Below the pieces are notes generated by a model. That model made no database searches and was not told where the DNA came from. It saw only the letters and a program-made list of their open reading frames with translations. DNA of 63,453 bases, the filler included, from Welwitschia mirabilis (Eukaryota): NCBI GenBank assembly GCA_051453625.1. It is 4 parts of one record of this genome, joined end to end, with 100 filler letters (N's around TTAATTAATTAA, not from the genome) between each part and the next. Parts side by side here need not be neighbours in the genome. Positions count along the whole stretch, not along the records: positions 29,828 to 54,804 come from JBOZIK010000001.1; positions 54,905 to 61,766 come from JBOZIK010000001.1; positions 61,867 to 63,453 come from JBOZIK010000001.1; 1 more part is not named here. One strand, written 5' to 3'. Of this stretch, positions 51,953-63,453 are shown piece by piece; within the stretch, counting starts at the first letter, position 1, and every line of letters begins with the position of its first letter. A program made the translations under genes and the position numbers.

Positions 51953-54804
51953 TGTTGCAATCCGAAATTGCTATATTTTAATTGTGTAATTGATGATGTT
52001 TTACAGGGAATAGAACTCAATTCAGTATATTTTAGAAATTTTATTATGAACTGATATAATAATCTAATTATAATCTTAAGTGCATATTTTTATTCATAAA
52101 AATAAGTATTAAACTAAGGAACAAAGTGGTACATATAGTGGAAGAAAAGCCCAACAAAATAACTATCATCCTCACTATCATCCCCATGACAGAGGGCATA
52201 ACCACAAGGATAAAGTCATTGGAGGTTAGCTTTTGGAGGCTGACTTAGCAAGGTGACATGACGAGTGCAGGTGGCAGTCATGCCTTATGTCATCTCCACA
52301 ACATAGGAGATAATATATCCATTAAGTTTTAAATTTAAATCTTAATGCATTTCTGATGTGATGGCCTATGATTGGATGATGAAGGGGTATTGTGTCATAT
52401 GTTATCTCAACGACAAGAGTGTGATGAAACTATTATAACTTCTTCCTAACTAAGTTAATTAAGATTTAATTTATTTCTAATGACACCTTTTTACTTGTAC
52501 CTACCTTCTTGACCTGTAACCACCTTAGAAAAACTATACAAACCCACATTTGACATCATTTAGTCATTTTTTTATAGTGGAGGATTGGTGACAAAGGCAC
52601 TTAAGGAGTTAAGGTCCATTTCAGCATAGGATAGATTATTCTTGGTGATTAGGCTATTCTTCTAACATTAAGGAATCACTGCCTTGTTGAGATGTTTGTA
52701 AGACATTCCATTTATCTAATAAAATGTCTTTTTTCTTTAATTCTTATTATTTCTCTTATGGATTGTGTTGAAGTTTGATTAATGCTATTTTTTAAATTTA
52801 TTATAAATTNNNNNNNNNNNNNAAGGGCTGAGTTAGATGATAATAACTTAGAAACTTGGTTATAATAGGCTTGCATCTCATCGCTCTTTCATTTTTGCAT
52901 TGTACATTAGAATAGTTGTATTGTTAATTTTAATTTTTACATTATAAAAATACAAAATTGATCAAAAGGATTGGACTAAAATTAAAGTGTTTATTCTTTC
53001 TTATTTATGTGCTTAACTAGAATGTTATCTTATGCTCTCTATTACAAAATTTATTGGTTGACTTACTCTATACTAAGCCTAGTTGTAATTATATTATTTT
53101 AAGAATTAATTACTTTTAAAGTGCAATTTAGGCCTTCAACATTTTGGCACCACTACTAGGGAGCATCAGAACAAGCTATCAGATGCATTCAAATCAAAAG
53201 TAAGTGGATTTAATTTATGCTATCATTATATCTATTTTCTTTTGGTTTTTATCTAATACCTATTGGTGAAATCTACTTGCTTTGAAGAGATTACACAAAG
53301 AGATCTACTTGCCTTTTTATCGAAGACAAGATTATCTCTAAGGTCTATTTTATCCAAGCAAGATTATTTACCTTTAGAGTGTAACACATTGTTTTCACTT
53401 ATTGTTTATGTTGTGTATGATTTTTCTTATAAATTCTATATTCTTTTTTTATTCTCTTTTTTATGCAATAGTTTTACCTTACTAGGTCTATTTTCTTGTG
53501 TCTTGTGTAATTTAGAAGGATTACCACATAGTAAGAAGCCTTCCGGTATCTTTTGCTTGGCCTAAGTGAAGATTCCAAGAAGAAAAATCACTCTTAATTA
53601 TTGGTTCTACTCCTTGAACTTTAATGTAATCTTGGAGATTACCTATAATAGTTTTGAGTTAAAATCTTGGATTTTTTAGGTTAAGATAGGAAATGCCATC
53701 AAATTCTAAAGAGAAAAAGGTATATTATCAACATGAAAAGCAATTTTTAAAAGAGGCAATTCAAAAAGATGTTCAAATACATAATTCAAAGAATTAAGAT
53801 GAGCAAATTTTTTTTTTTGAATTTGATACATCTGATTTACTAGAAGATTGTAATTTACATTTCGAAAATTTTTTATTATCTATTAAATCATCTTCTAGAA
53901 TTTTTAAACATCCTCTCAAAATAAAAGCCACCTCTTTTGTTACAAGTTCTTCTAGGCCTAATTTAAATTCTTCTACAAATCAAGTTTCAACTTTGTATTC
54001 TTTAAATAGTAAACATGTAAATCAAAACCATATAACTTCCATAATGTCTACAGTTTTTGGTGGTATCAAACCAATTCTTAAGGAGAAATATGGACAAAAA
54101 CTTAGAGAAACTCATAATCCTTTCAACCTTCCTACTAACGATGACATAGAAATCAAAAATCGTAATGCCTATCCCTCTTTCTATGGATAAACTCATGAAG
54201 ATCCTTATGAACACATCACTGCCATTGAATAATTGATGCTTACATGTAACAGTAAGAAACCCATAATTGATAGAAACTACATGGTAGTGTTCCCATACAC
54301 ATTGAGTGAAAAAGCAAAGAATTGGCTTAAGACCTTATCCCACAAAATTCACAAAACTTAGAATGATATCAAAAAAAGCTTCATCAAATAATTTCTTAGT
54401 GGAAATACTTTAAGGCAAAGACATTATGAGGTAATAAATTTTCAACAGAAAGGCAATGAGGATTATGCTTTATCTTGGAAAAGATTCCTAATTTTAGTTT
54501 TAGCCAATCTCATAGATGAATTCAAATAAGAAGAATTAATCTATCATTTTTACAATTTTTTCACTAGTGTAATAAAAAAAATGGTGGGTCTTTCTTATGG
54601 AGGAAGTTTATTTCAACACACAACTGATAAATCATGATAACATTTATAAGACTTAGTTGAACTGAGTCAAGCATGGCCTAAGCCTAGAGAAAAGAAAACT
54701 CTCGAGCAATCTTTAAGAGAATCCATCATATAAAATATCAAGAGGGCAAATAAAAATAAATCATTTACAGAGATAAAGATAGTAGTAACAGTGATAGCCG
54801 ACTT
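51953..54804 (+). mobile_element. Athila-like element 5' half: LTR 51953-53141, tRNA-Asp PBS 53145-53162, gag to the scaffold join
   Basis: TGTTGCAATCC...CTTCAACA; TGGCACCACTACTAGGGA; gag NPFNLPTNDD...YPSFYG*THEDPYEHI...NYMVVFPYTLSEKAKEWLKTL (about 54090-54800). Confidence 0.82.
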
Positions 54805-54904
54805 NNNNNNNNNNNNNNNNNNNNNNNNNNNNNNNNNNNNNNNNNNNNTTAATTAATTAANNNNNNNNNNNNNNNNNNNNNNNNNNNNNNNNNNNNNNNN
54901 NNNN
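54805..54904. other. Artificial scaffold linker N44-TTAATTAATTAA-N44
   Basis: Same construct as 29728-29827. Confidence 0.95.
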
Positions 54905-55300
54905 CTATTTTTATGATCATTTAAAGGAATTCCATGATTACTCCTGTCCTTTACCCTAATAGAAAACATTGATGAACTTTTCATGAATTATTCTTTGAGA
55001 TTATTACTCCTTAAACTTACATATCAATTTTAGCATTATGTCTATACATTATCAGTTTTTGGAACTATCATTTATTGATTTATTTATATGTACGACATTT
55101 ATTTGGACTATTACGATGAGTTTAAGTAGGGGGCTTATAGCTACAGTGTAACTGTATTAATGTATTATTATCATCTATTCCTGCATGATAAATAGAACTC
55201 AAATTCCATTTTTTTAGTGGATGATTATCTTAGTTAAATTAGCTTGCAATCTAGTTGATCACCTACTTTATCAGGGACTGACAAGGCTAAGTGGGGGCTA

Positions 55301-56933
55301 TGTTGCGATCCCAATTTGTAGGAATTTGATGGTGTATTTAGAATACTTTTGTAGGACATTTATACAGGTTTAAATACAATTCTGCTGATTATGGAGAGAT
55401 AACAAGATGATCATTAAAACATGNNNNNNNNNNNNNNNNNNNNNNNNNNNNNNNNNNNNNNNNNNNNNNNNNNNNNNNNNNNNNNNNNNNNNNNNNNNNN
55501 NNNNNNNNNNNNNNNNNNNNNNNAGGACATTTATACAGGTTTAGATACAATTCTGCTGATTATGGAGAGATAACAAGATGATCATTAAAACATGTAATTC
55601 TTGGTATAATTGGAGGAATTTCAGGCATGATTTGATACTTATCATAATGAAGGAGGACTAAAGGTGAAAAAGACCAATTTATGCTACTTGAGAAGCTTGG
55701 GAATAGTGTTGTCTCTAATGTCGTGACCACGACAGAGGGGACAACAGCTCATCACGACAATTATATAAGAATAATACATGGGTAACACTTGGACAGCAGC
55801 ACATGGTAATAGGTCATTATCCTTTAGGTCATCTGGATAACAATTAAGATGACGGATCTCATGGGGCTGATGGTGGCACATGGGTACACAATCCAATGCA
55901 TCTTCCCCTATGTCATGTGGATGACCGACAAGATGACATACTCAGTAACATGCGTGGGTAACCCACAGAGCTAACGGTATCACATAAGCATATAACCTAA
56001 GGTAAGAAGATGGTGTTGTCCCCTCTATCGTGTGTATGACCAATAGGAAAATAACTATTTTTACACTACAATAATAAACTTAATTATAAGGAGTATCAAA
56101 CAGGCTATGTGGATGATTAGGATTTCCTTAATAGATGTTTGGGATTATGGTTTATTGTAAAACTATAAATACCCTTTTCTCCTTCACTTCCAAACCATCT
56201 TTTATACTTGATATGCTTCTGACAGAAGCTTGAAGGTAGGAGGTCCATCCAATAGCTGTAAAAATGGGTTTCTTTGGTGTTAGGCTATGTCTCTTCCATT
56301 GAGGAGCTATTATTCTATTATAAGTGGATGTAATATTCTTTTCATTAATAGAAATACTCTTTTATTCCAATTCTGTGAATGTCCCTTATGCTTTAAGTTG
56401 GTCATAGTTAAGTGACAGTTCTATGATGTATTTAGATCATGAAGGCAACCTTTGTTTAACCTTAATTAGTAGTAGGTTTTCATTACATTTCAATTTCATT
56501 CCATATTGCATTTCATTTTTTACTTAGTATGTTTTTATAGTTGATGTTGATTAAGAACTAGTTAAATACACTTCTTAATCGATATGAATTATAGAAAAGA
56601 TAGTCTTTGTAACAGAAAGACTAGAAGCTAGTCCTTGTGATAGAAGGATTAGGATATAATTAGAATCTCATTTTATTTCCACTTTTATGGACTTGCATTT
56701 TATCTTCATTTATTTTTATTACATTTACTTTATTATATACTTTTAGTTAGTAAAAGATAAAAGACCAAAACTGCCTTTGGAAATCAATTCTCTAACTCTG
56801 AGCCTAGTGTCTTTGTTGGGATTACAACATTTGGATGAACTCCTATCTATACTAGCATGTGTTTTTTTACAAGTTATATGATTTATAGGTTTACTTAAAG
56901 AACTTTAAGATTGCATAAATTTGCATCCTAATA
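55301..56933 (+). repeat. Athila-like LTR flanked by a PPT upstream and a PBS downstream
   Basis: AGGGACTGACAAGGCTAAGTGGGGGCTA (matches the E2 PPT region) then TGTTGCGATCC...CATCCTAATA then TGGTGCCATTACTAGGAA (56937-56954). Confidence 0.8.
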
Positions 56934-59900
56934 TTTTGGTGCCATTACTAGGAAAGGCTACAAGGAGCTAAGAGGATTGTCATTAACCAGATAAGTACTT
57001 TTAATCTTTTTGTTTAGGTTATTTATTTGAATTAATGATGTATTTGTAGTGTAATTTAAGGTAGATTTATTTTTGCAAAATGTTTTTCTATAACTTATAA
57101 GGACCCTGTCATTCTCTCTATCGTCTAGACGACATAGGGCATGGCATTTTTGAAATTTTGAATTTTAGTTTTTATTTTCACAATTTTTCTTCTGTTTATA
57201 GTTTAGTGACACTATTGTCCTATGCATCATCCACACGATAGTAAGGACGACATTCTTAGTTTCAGTAATATTTTTTTCCTATAGTTTTTAAGAGTTTTAT
57301 TATTTTTAAAGTTCAGTTTTTCTATGATTGTCATCGTACCCATTGTCCCCATGACAAGATGGATGATAGTCCATTATGTTTGATTTTGGTTCTTTTTTAC
57401 TGTTTGTACATGTAAGAATACAAGGAATTCTAGGCGAAAGATAAAATATCAGCCAACAAGGAAATGGATTAACAGAAACATCAAGAATTATTGGACTTCA
57501 AATAAGAATCCAAGTATGCATAACACAGGTATGCAAATTCTAGAATTTCTTTCTTTTTTCTTTCTATTTTAGAATTAGATTTTCTTTTCTTTGTATAGTT
57601 AATTTGCAATAATATTGTCACATCTTTTGGAGTATTAAGAAATAGAAACCTTAAACATCCAAGAACATTAATCTTCATTATGTACCTCTCCTCCTTATCA
57701 TTTTGAATTTAGACTCTCTTATTCTATTCTTCTTACTTGTTTCAATGAATTATAATAGAAAATCCATTATAGAACTTCTTTTTAAAAGGAGAAAAAACTT
57801 GCAAAATGATGAGGACATTAGTAAGAAAACAATTTAAAAAATATTTGCTAAAAGAGGGAGACCATCATAAAACCATGTGGAAAATAGGGATTGGGCCCAT
57901 TCTTCTTTTCAACTTAATTATTCTTTCCCCTCTTCTTTTCAAACCTCATATTAAGATAATGATAGAGATTCATCATTTTTTAGGGAATCCGCCTCATTTA
58001 GACAAACCTCTTGCAATCATCTTTCTCAATCCCAATCATCTTCCATGCTTTACTACCATGAAGAACTATCTCCCATTAACTACTATGAAAAAGAAAAAGA
58101 TCCCTTAAGAGAAATTATTGGTGAAATGACGAAGAACTAAGAAAACACCAATAAAAACTTAGAAAGATTAGTTGAAATTTTGAAACAAAACCTATTACAT
58201 ATTCAAGGATCTTTGATAGAACAACATCCTCACAACTATTCTACTCCATCTTACCTTGAGGAAAATGAAGATAACTTAGACATTATTGATGATGATGATT
58301 CCTGCTTTTAACTTGAATATGAACTTATAAATCAAACTTCAACATCCTACTCATTAGAAGATAAGANNNNNNNNNNNNNNNNNNNNNNNNNNNNNNNNNN
58401 NNNNNNNNNNNNNNNNNNNNNNNNNNNNNNNNNNNNNNNNNNNNNNNNNNNNNNNNNNNNNNNNNNCTTACAATCATCTTTTTTAATCCCAATCATCTTC
58501 CATGCATTACTATCAAGAAGAACCATCTTCCATTAACTACTGTGAAGAAGAAAAAGATCCATCAGGAGAAATTATTAGTAAAATGATGAAAAACCAAGAA
58601 AACACCAATAAAAACTTAGAAAGATTAGTTAAAATCTTGCAACAAAACCTATTACATAGTCAAGGATCTTTCACAACACAACATCTTTACAACTATTCCA
58701 CTTCATCCTACCTTAAGAAAAATTCAGAGAACTTAAAAATTACTAATATTGTGATTCTTGCTTTTAACTTGAAGATGGATTTANNNNNNNNNNNNNNNNN
58801 NNNNNNNNNNNNNNNNNNNNNNNNNNNNNNNNNNNNNNNNNNNNNNNNNNNNNNNNNNNNNNNNNNNNNNNNNNNNNNNNNNNNNNNNNNNNNNNNNNNN
58901 NNNNNNNNNNNNNNNNNNNNNNNNNNNNNNNNNNNNNNNNNNNNNNNNNNNNNNNNNNNNNNNNNNNNNNNNNNNNNNNNNNNNNNNNNNNNNNNNNNNN
59001 NNNNNNNNNNNNNNNNNNNNNNNNNNNNNNNNNNNNNNNNNNNNNNNNNNNNNNNNNNNNNNNNNNNNNNNNNNNNNNNNNNNNNNNNNNNNNNNNNNNN
59101 NNNNNNNNNNNNNNNNNNNNNNNNNNNNNNNNNNNNNNNNNNNNNNNNNNNNNNNNNNNNNNNNNNNNNNNNNNNNNNNNNNNNNNNNNNNNNNNNNNNN
59201 NNNNNNNNNNNNNNNNNNNNNNNNNNNNNNNNNNNNNNNNNNNNNNNNNNNNNNNNNNNNNNNNNNNNNNNNNNNNNNNNNNNNNNNNNNNNNNNNNNNN
59301 NNNNNNNNNNNNNNNNNNNNNNNNNNNNNNNNNNNNNNNNNNNNNNNNNNNNNNNNNNNNNNNNNNNNNNNNNNNNNNNNNNNNNNNNNNNNNNNNNNNN
59401 NNNNNNNNNCTCAAAGTAACATTCATCCTTTTTGTACCAAGTCTACTATACCTTGTGCTTTTAATGATTATTCTTTTCAAAAGTTTGACTTGGAATATCT
59501 TGGAATTTAACATTGGGGAAGGCCTTATCTTCTTAATGGTAATCCATGCTTTTAATTAAATCTTAAGGAGCTTCTTCATCTTATGAAACATTCTCAAAAG
59601 CCTTTAAAGATTTCTTGGATCTATTCTATGAGTAGTACCTTAAATGAATTATATAATAATACTCATGCTTTACACTACATTCATAAGAGATTACTTATTA
59701 ATGAAATTTATCACTTCTTTATCTCTTGTTTAGACTCTAAAATTTGTGCTCTTAAAGTTTTATCATTTTAATTTCTTTATATCTAATTGATTTTACTCCA
59801 TAATGATTGCATACCTCTTATGTTTTATCAATTGATTTCTATTTGGTTTGACCCTTATTTTTTTAAAAAATATAATACCTGAGTGTACTTGTTATACAAC

Positions 59901-61766
59901 TAGTTGAACTTCTCAATGAATAGGTTCTTATCTTTCAAGAAAAAAATACATTTTAAATGGCTATGTTGAAACTTCTAATCTAAACACTTGGGAAATTCAG
60001 AAGTAAATGGATAAAATGTTAAAGAATCATTGAACTATCTATTGATTAATCTTTAAATGATAGAAACATTTGTGTTGGAATTTTTTTTCCTTGCTATTAT
60101 CTAAATTTTTCTTTAGCCAATTTCCTTGGTAAATGTCATGCTATCACTTAAATATGTTTAACTTGACTAATGTTTTACTTTATGAAGTTACCATGATTAG
60201 TAAATATTTCACTTGGGAATTTTCAATGGTAAGATTGGCTTTATCCAATCTTCAGACGTTCATATGTCTATGAACTTCATTTTGAAGGAAGATGTCTTAA
60301 TTCTTTTATTTTCTTTTAATGATGTGATTAGTCAGTTGTTTTAGCATGTTCTTTCTTGTTATTTATTTTCTCATTTTACTTTTATCCTTATAAGTATTTG
60401 ATCATGTAGAATTTATGTATTAAAATAAAAAGACAAGAAAAGAAAAGAAAAAAAGAAAGAAAGAAAAAAATAATTCAGGCCATTTCCTTTCATATTATAT
60501 CTTAAAATATGACCTTNNNNNNNNNNNNNNNNNNNNNNNNNNNNNNNNNNNNNNNNNNNNNNNNNNNNNNNNNNNNNNNNNNNNNNNNNNNNNNNNNNNN
60601 NNNNNNNNNNNNNNNNAAAAAGAAAGAAAGAAAAAAATAATTCAGGCCATTTCCTTTCATGTTATATCTTAAAATATGACCTTCATGATGTTCTACCGTA
60701 AGTACATCAGGGCAAATATTCCTAAGAGGTGCCTTTGGCAGTGCGATATGATAGCTATAGGAACTCTACTGGGGGGTTAGTTAGCCACGCTATATGGGTT
60801 CTTACTTCTCTGACAGTGGTTGCACTCCCATCATCATGGTAAGAATAAAATTGCAGTTAAAGTCTACGAGATCAGTGGGGTCCCTGGTGTCATTAGAGGC
60901 ATTGCTTATTTTTTAGACTTATTTTTGTTTCTTTATAGTACTTCCATATAATCACTTTACTTTTTTGGATTCTAATATTGTTTTGAGATGNNNNNNNNNN
61001 NNNNNNNNNNNNNNNNNNNNNNNNNNNNNNNNNNNNNNNNNNNNNNNNNNNNNNNNNNNNNNNNNNNNNNNNNNNNNNNNNNNNNNNNNNNNNNNNNNNN
61101 NNNNNNNNNNNNNNNNNNNNNNNNNNNNNNNNNNNNNNNNNNNNNNNNNNNNNNNNNNNNNNNNNNNNNNNNNNNNNNNNNNNNNNNNNNNNNNNNNNNN
61201 NNNNNNNNNNNNNNNNNNNNNNNNNNNNNNNNNNNNNNNNNNNNNNNNNNNNNNNNNNNNNNNNNNNNNNNNNNNNNNNNNNNNNNNNNNNNNNNNNNNN
61301 NNNNNNNNNNNNNNNNNNNNNNNNNNNNNNNNNTTTTTATTTTCACTTATAGGTTTTTTTATAAGGGATGTTTTTCTTTTCTGCACTATCAAATGCATTT
61401 CTTTCCCCTTGATTGGTGTGATCTATTTATTTTCTGCTAATGTTTTTACTATGTAGTTTTACATTCATCCACTTACAGATTTTCAAATACTCATGGATTC
61501 TAGACCACATTGGAGGAATATTAATGAGCATTTCTTTCTATATTTCATGCATGACTATGATCTCATGAGTTTCTTTATCTATGAGTTTGTTTTTAAAGAT
61601 AAATTCTTCACATTTTTTCCCTTCTATTTTTGCTGCATCTCCAATACTTGCTTACTATCAAATTTTTCTAGAATTTTTTTCTAATCAGTCCAAATAACTT
61701 TTACAAACTGTCGTCTTGATATGTCATCCCCATGATAGCAAGAATGACAATCATGCTTTTTCTTTG
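56934..61766 (+). mobile_element. Internal region of an Athila-like deletion derivative E3 (5' UTR, duplicated gag C-terminal segment, 3' UTR; no pol seen)
   Basis: 58014-58346 and 58467-58783 are diverged repeats resembling the E1 gag C-terminus; 59937-60920 aligns with the E2 3' UTR 13900-14640. Confidence 0.7.
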
Positions 61767-61866
61767 NNNNNNNNNNNNNNNNNNNNNNNNNNNNNNNNNN
61801 NNNNNNNNNNTTAATTAATTAANNNNNNNNNNNNNNNNNNNNNNNNNNNNNNNNNNNNNNNNNNNN
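61767..61866. other. Artificial scaffold linker N44-TTAATTAATTAA-N44
   Basis: Same construct as 29728-29827. Confidence 0.95.
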
Positions 61867-61943
61867 AGCGACTTTTTCGCCCCTTCAAAAAAGGGCGACA
61901 TGTCGCCCTTTTTTGGCGACATGTCGCCCATTAAACATCCCTG
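61867..61943. mobile_element. Terminus of an hAT (Ac/Ds-like) DNA transposon with palindromic subterminal repeats
   Basis: Ends ...TAAACATCCCTG (rc CAGGGATGTTTA, compare Ac TIR CAGGGATGAAA); GGCGACATGTCGCC twice; other end hidden by the linker. Confidence 0.55.
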
Positions 61944-62188
61944 ATGGTGATGCTCCTTTGTAGCTGATCATGACAATAAAAGATCTACAACATGCTACCA
62001 TTTTATTTTAGGTGGTGAAGGCTAGTAACATTGGTTACTTTGTCCAGCATTAAAGCAAAATATGTCATGTTGTTTGAAGCATGCAAGACGATCATATGGC
62101 AGTGTAGTTGTCTTAGTTCCCTTGGGCTGAAACAACATGAATATGTTGTGTATTGTGACAAATCACAGCCATTTTCGTGACTAAGGAT
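61944..62188 (+). pseudogene. Ty1/copia RNase H fragment
   Basis: Frameshifted reading ADHDNKRSTTCYHFILGG...LVTLSSIKAKYVMLFEACKTIIW...VVYCD. Confidence 0.75.
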
Positions 62189-63453
62189 TGTAATGTACCC
62201 TTTTTGGTACCTTAAGTGAAATGAGGAAAAGAATTCCTAAGTTACTACCTAAAGAAAACCTATTGGTATATATATGCTTGGCTTAAGGGTTATGTGTCTT
62301 TATGATACCTTTTCAGATTGTCATGTTACTTAGTAAACATATTAATGAAGATCATTAAATACATTTAGTTAACATATACTTTATTCGTCAAACACATAAG
62401 AGACATGACATTATACACCTCTTAGGATTAATACTCCCCACTTAAACCACCATTACATACCACCTGAGTCTCCCCAACTCAGGAAAGGCCCCGATATGAA
62501 TTTTCTGTAGGAAAGCTGTGATCCCAATCAACAGAACTACATACATGTGGAGCATGAGCTTACACCTACCTGGGGCTCTTGGCAAGACTAATCTGGGATT
62601 CCATGCATACAAAATGAGTGATCAGCTCATATCCACATCCCAATGTGTTTACAAAACATTGCATCCACACTACTTCAGCAGTGCGAATCCATATCATAAC
62701 ATTCTACGTAAGAATTTTACATGCATTAACCATGTTTCTTACATTGCAAACATGACCATTGGGTGAGATTTCTAGCATACGGTTACAGTTCTTTCAAGTA
62801 ATCAATTTGATCATGTAATTGACAAAATTGAATAAAGATTTATTTTTGGGCTTTTTGAAAGATTTCCTAATATTTAGAATGAAAGAGAAGTTCAAGAAAC
62901 TATTTATCTTTTCAAGCGAATTTTTAAAGAAAGATTTTAAAATGATGAAAATAAAAAGGAATTCTTTTCTAAAATTTATTTTCTGAAAAGTTAACTAAAG
63001 AACTCCAAAACTTTTATAAAGATGCCTGAAATGCTTCTGATAAATAATGAACCTTCTTTTGAAAAAAATATCTGAAAATATTTAAAAACAGAGATTTTTT
63101 ATTAAAAAAAAAAAGACAACACTATTAAGTAAAGATTCATTTAAAAAATTAAAATAGTGTATAGGGACCGTTATCAGAGAAATATACTGTGTGATTAAAA
63201 GAAAACAAATGTTTTCTGAAAACAAGAGAAGCTATTTTAATATTTTCAGAATAAGAATAACATTTTAGAAGAGAAAATCTTGAAATTCAATGAAAACGTT
63301 AATGAACAATAGTCAACATTCCTAAAAGAGATTATTTTAAAAAGAGAACAGAATCTTCATTTTATTCAAAAATTCGTTTCTTTATTAATCTTAGATTTCC
63401 TCTTTCCTTGCACTAAAATTAAGCAAGGAAAGCATTTGTAGCTCAGGAGTCCA
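62189..63453. mobile_element. Probable LTR (TGTAAT..CCC terminus) interrupting the copia RNase H; runs off the window
   Basis: RNase H reading ends at TGTAATGTACCC; non-coding A-rich sequence follows. Confidence 0.4.

Noticed and set aside
51953..56933. LTRs 51953-53141 and 55301-56933 as a pair of one element
   Set aside because: Similar only at the termini, different lengths, separated by an artificial linker
17060..60683. Near-identical direct repeats flanking gaps (about 17060/17585, 34907/35038, 50374/51004, 55353/55524, 60450/60617)
   Set aside because: Always abut an N run and are almost identical; most likely unmerged contig overlaps
7280..61456. Long ORFs composed mostly of X (for example 7280..8044, 50381..51166, 58764..59513)
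   Set aside because: They are read-through of N gaps, not genes
62518..62766. 82 aa ORF as a host gene
   Set aside because: No recognisable domain; lies in probable LTR sequence

Overview
Very AT-rich plant (angiosperm-type) heterochromatic window made almost entirely of old, heavily decayed, nested LTR retrotransposons; I find no intact host gene, RNA gene or CRISPR array. Reconstructed architecture: an Athila-like Ty3/gypsy element X (minus, 19719 to about 34000) was hit in gag by a Sirevirus-type Ty1/copia with an env-like ORF (22393 to about 31210, plus) and in RT by copia A (minus, 5' end 19718). Copia A was in turn hit by two related Athila-like elements about 830 bp apart: E1 with all pol domains (minus, 1-8412) and E2 with gag+protease only (plus, 9242-16559). 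A second gypsy element Y (minus, about 34010-51400, tRNA-Asn PBS, env-like ORF, telomere-repeat tract) contains a 2.7 kb gag-only copia, an LTR-type insertion with a perfect TSD and a Sirevirus-like LTR fragment. The right end has further Athila-like LTRs and derivatives, an Ac/hAT-like terminus and copia/LTR fragments. The most interesting non-trivial signals are a conserved, potentially structured non-coding block after pol shared by four divergent elements, a dispersed ~40 bp palindromic motif in the Athila-like family, similar env-like ORFs in a copia and a gypsy, and a strong C>T/G>A decay signature. Several features are assembly artefacts (100 bp N44-TTAATTAATTAA-N44 linkers, duplicated gap flanks). 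Family assignments come from motif recognition by eye, not from database searches, and I cannot claim a new biological system from sequence alone.
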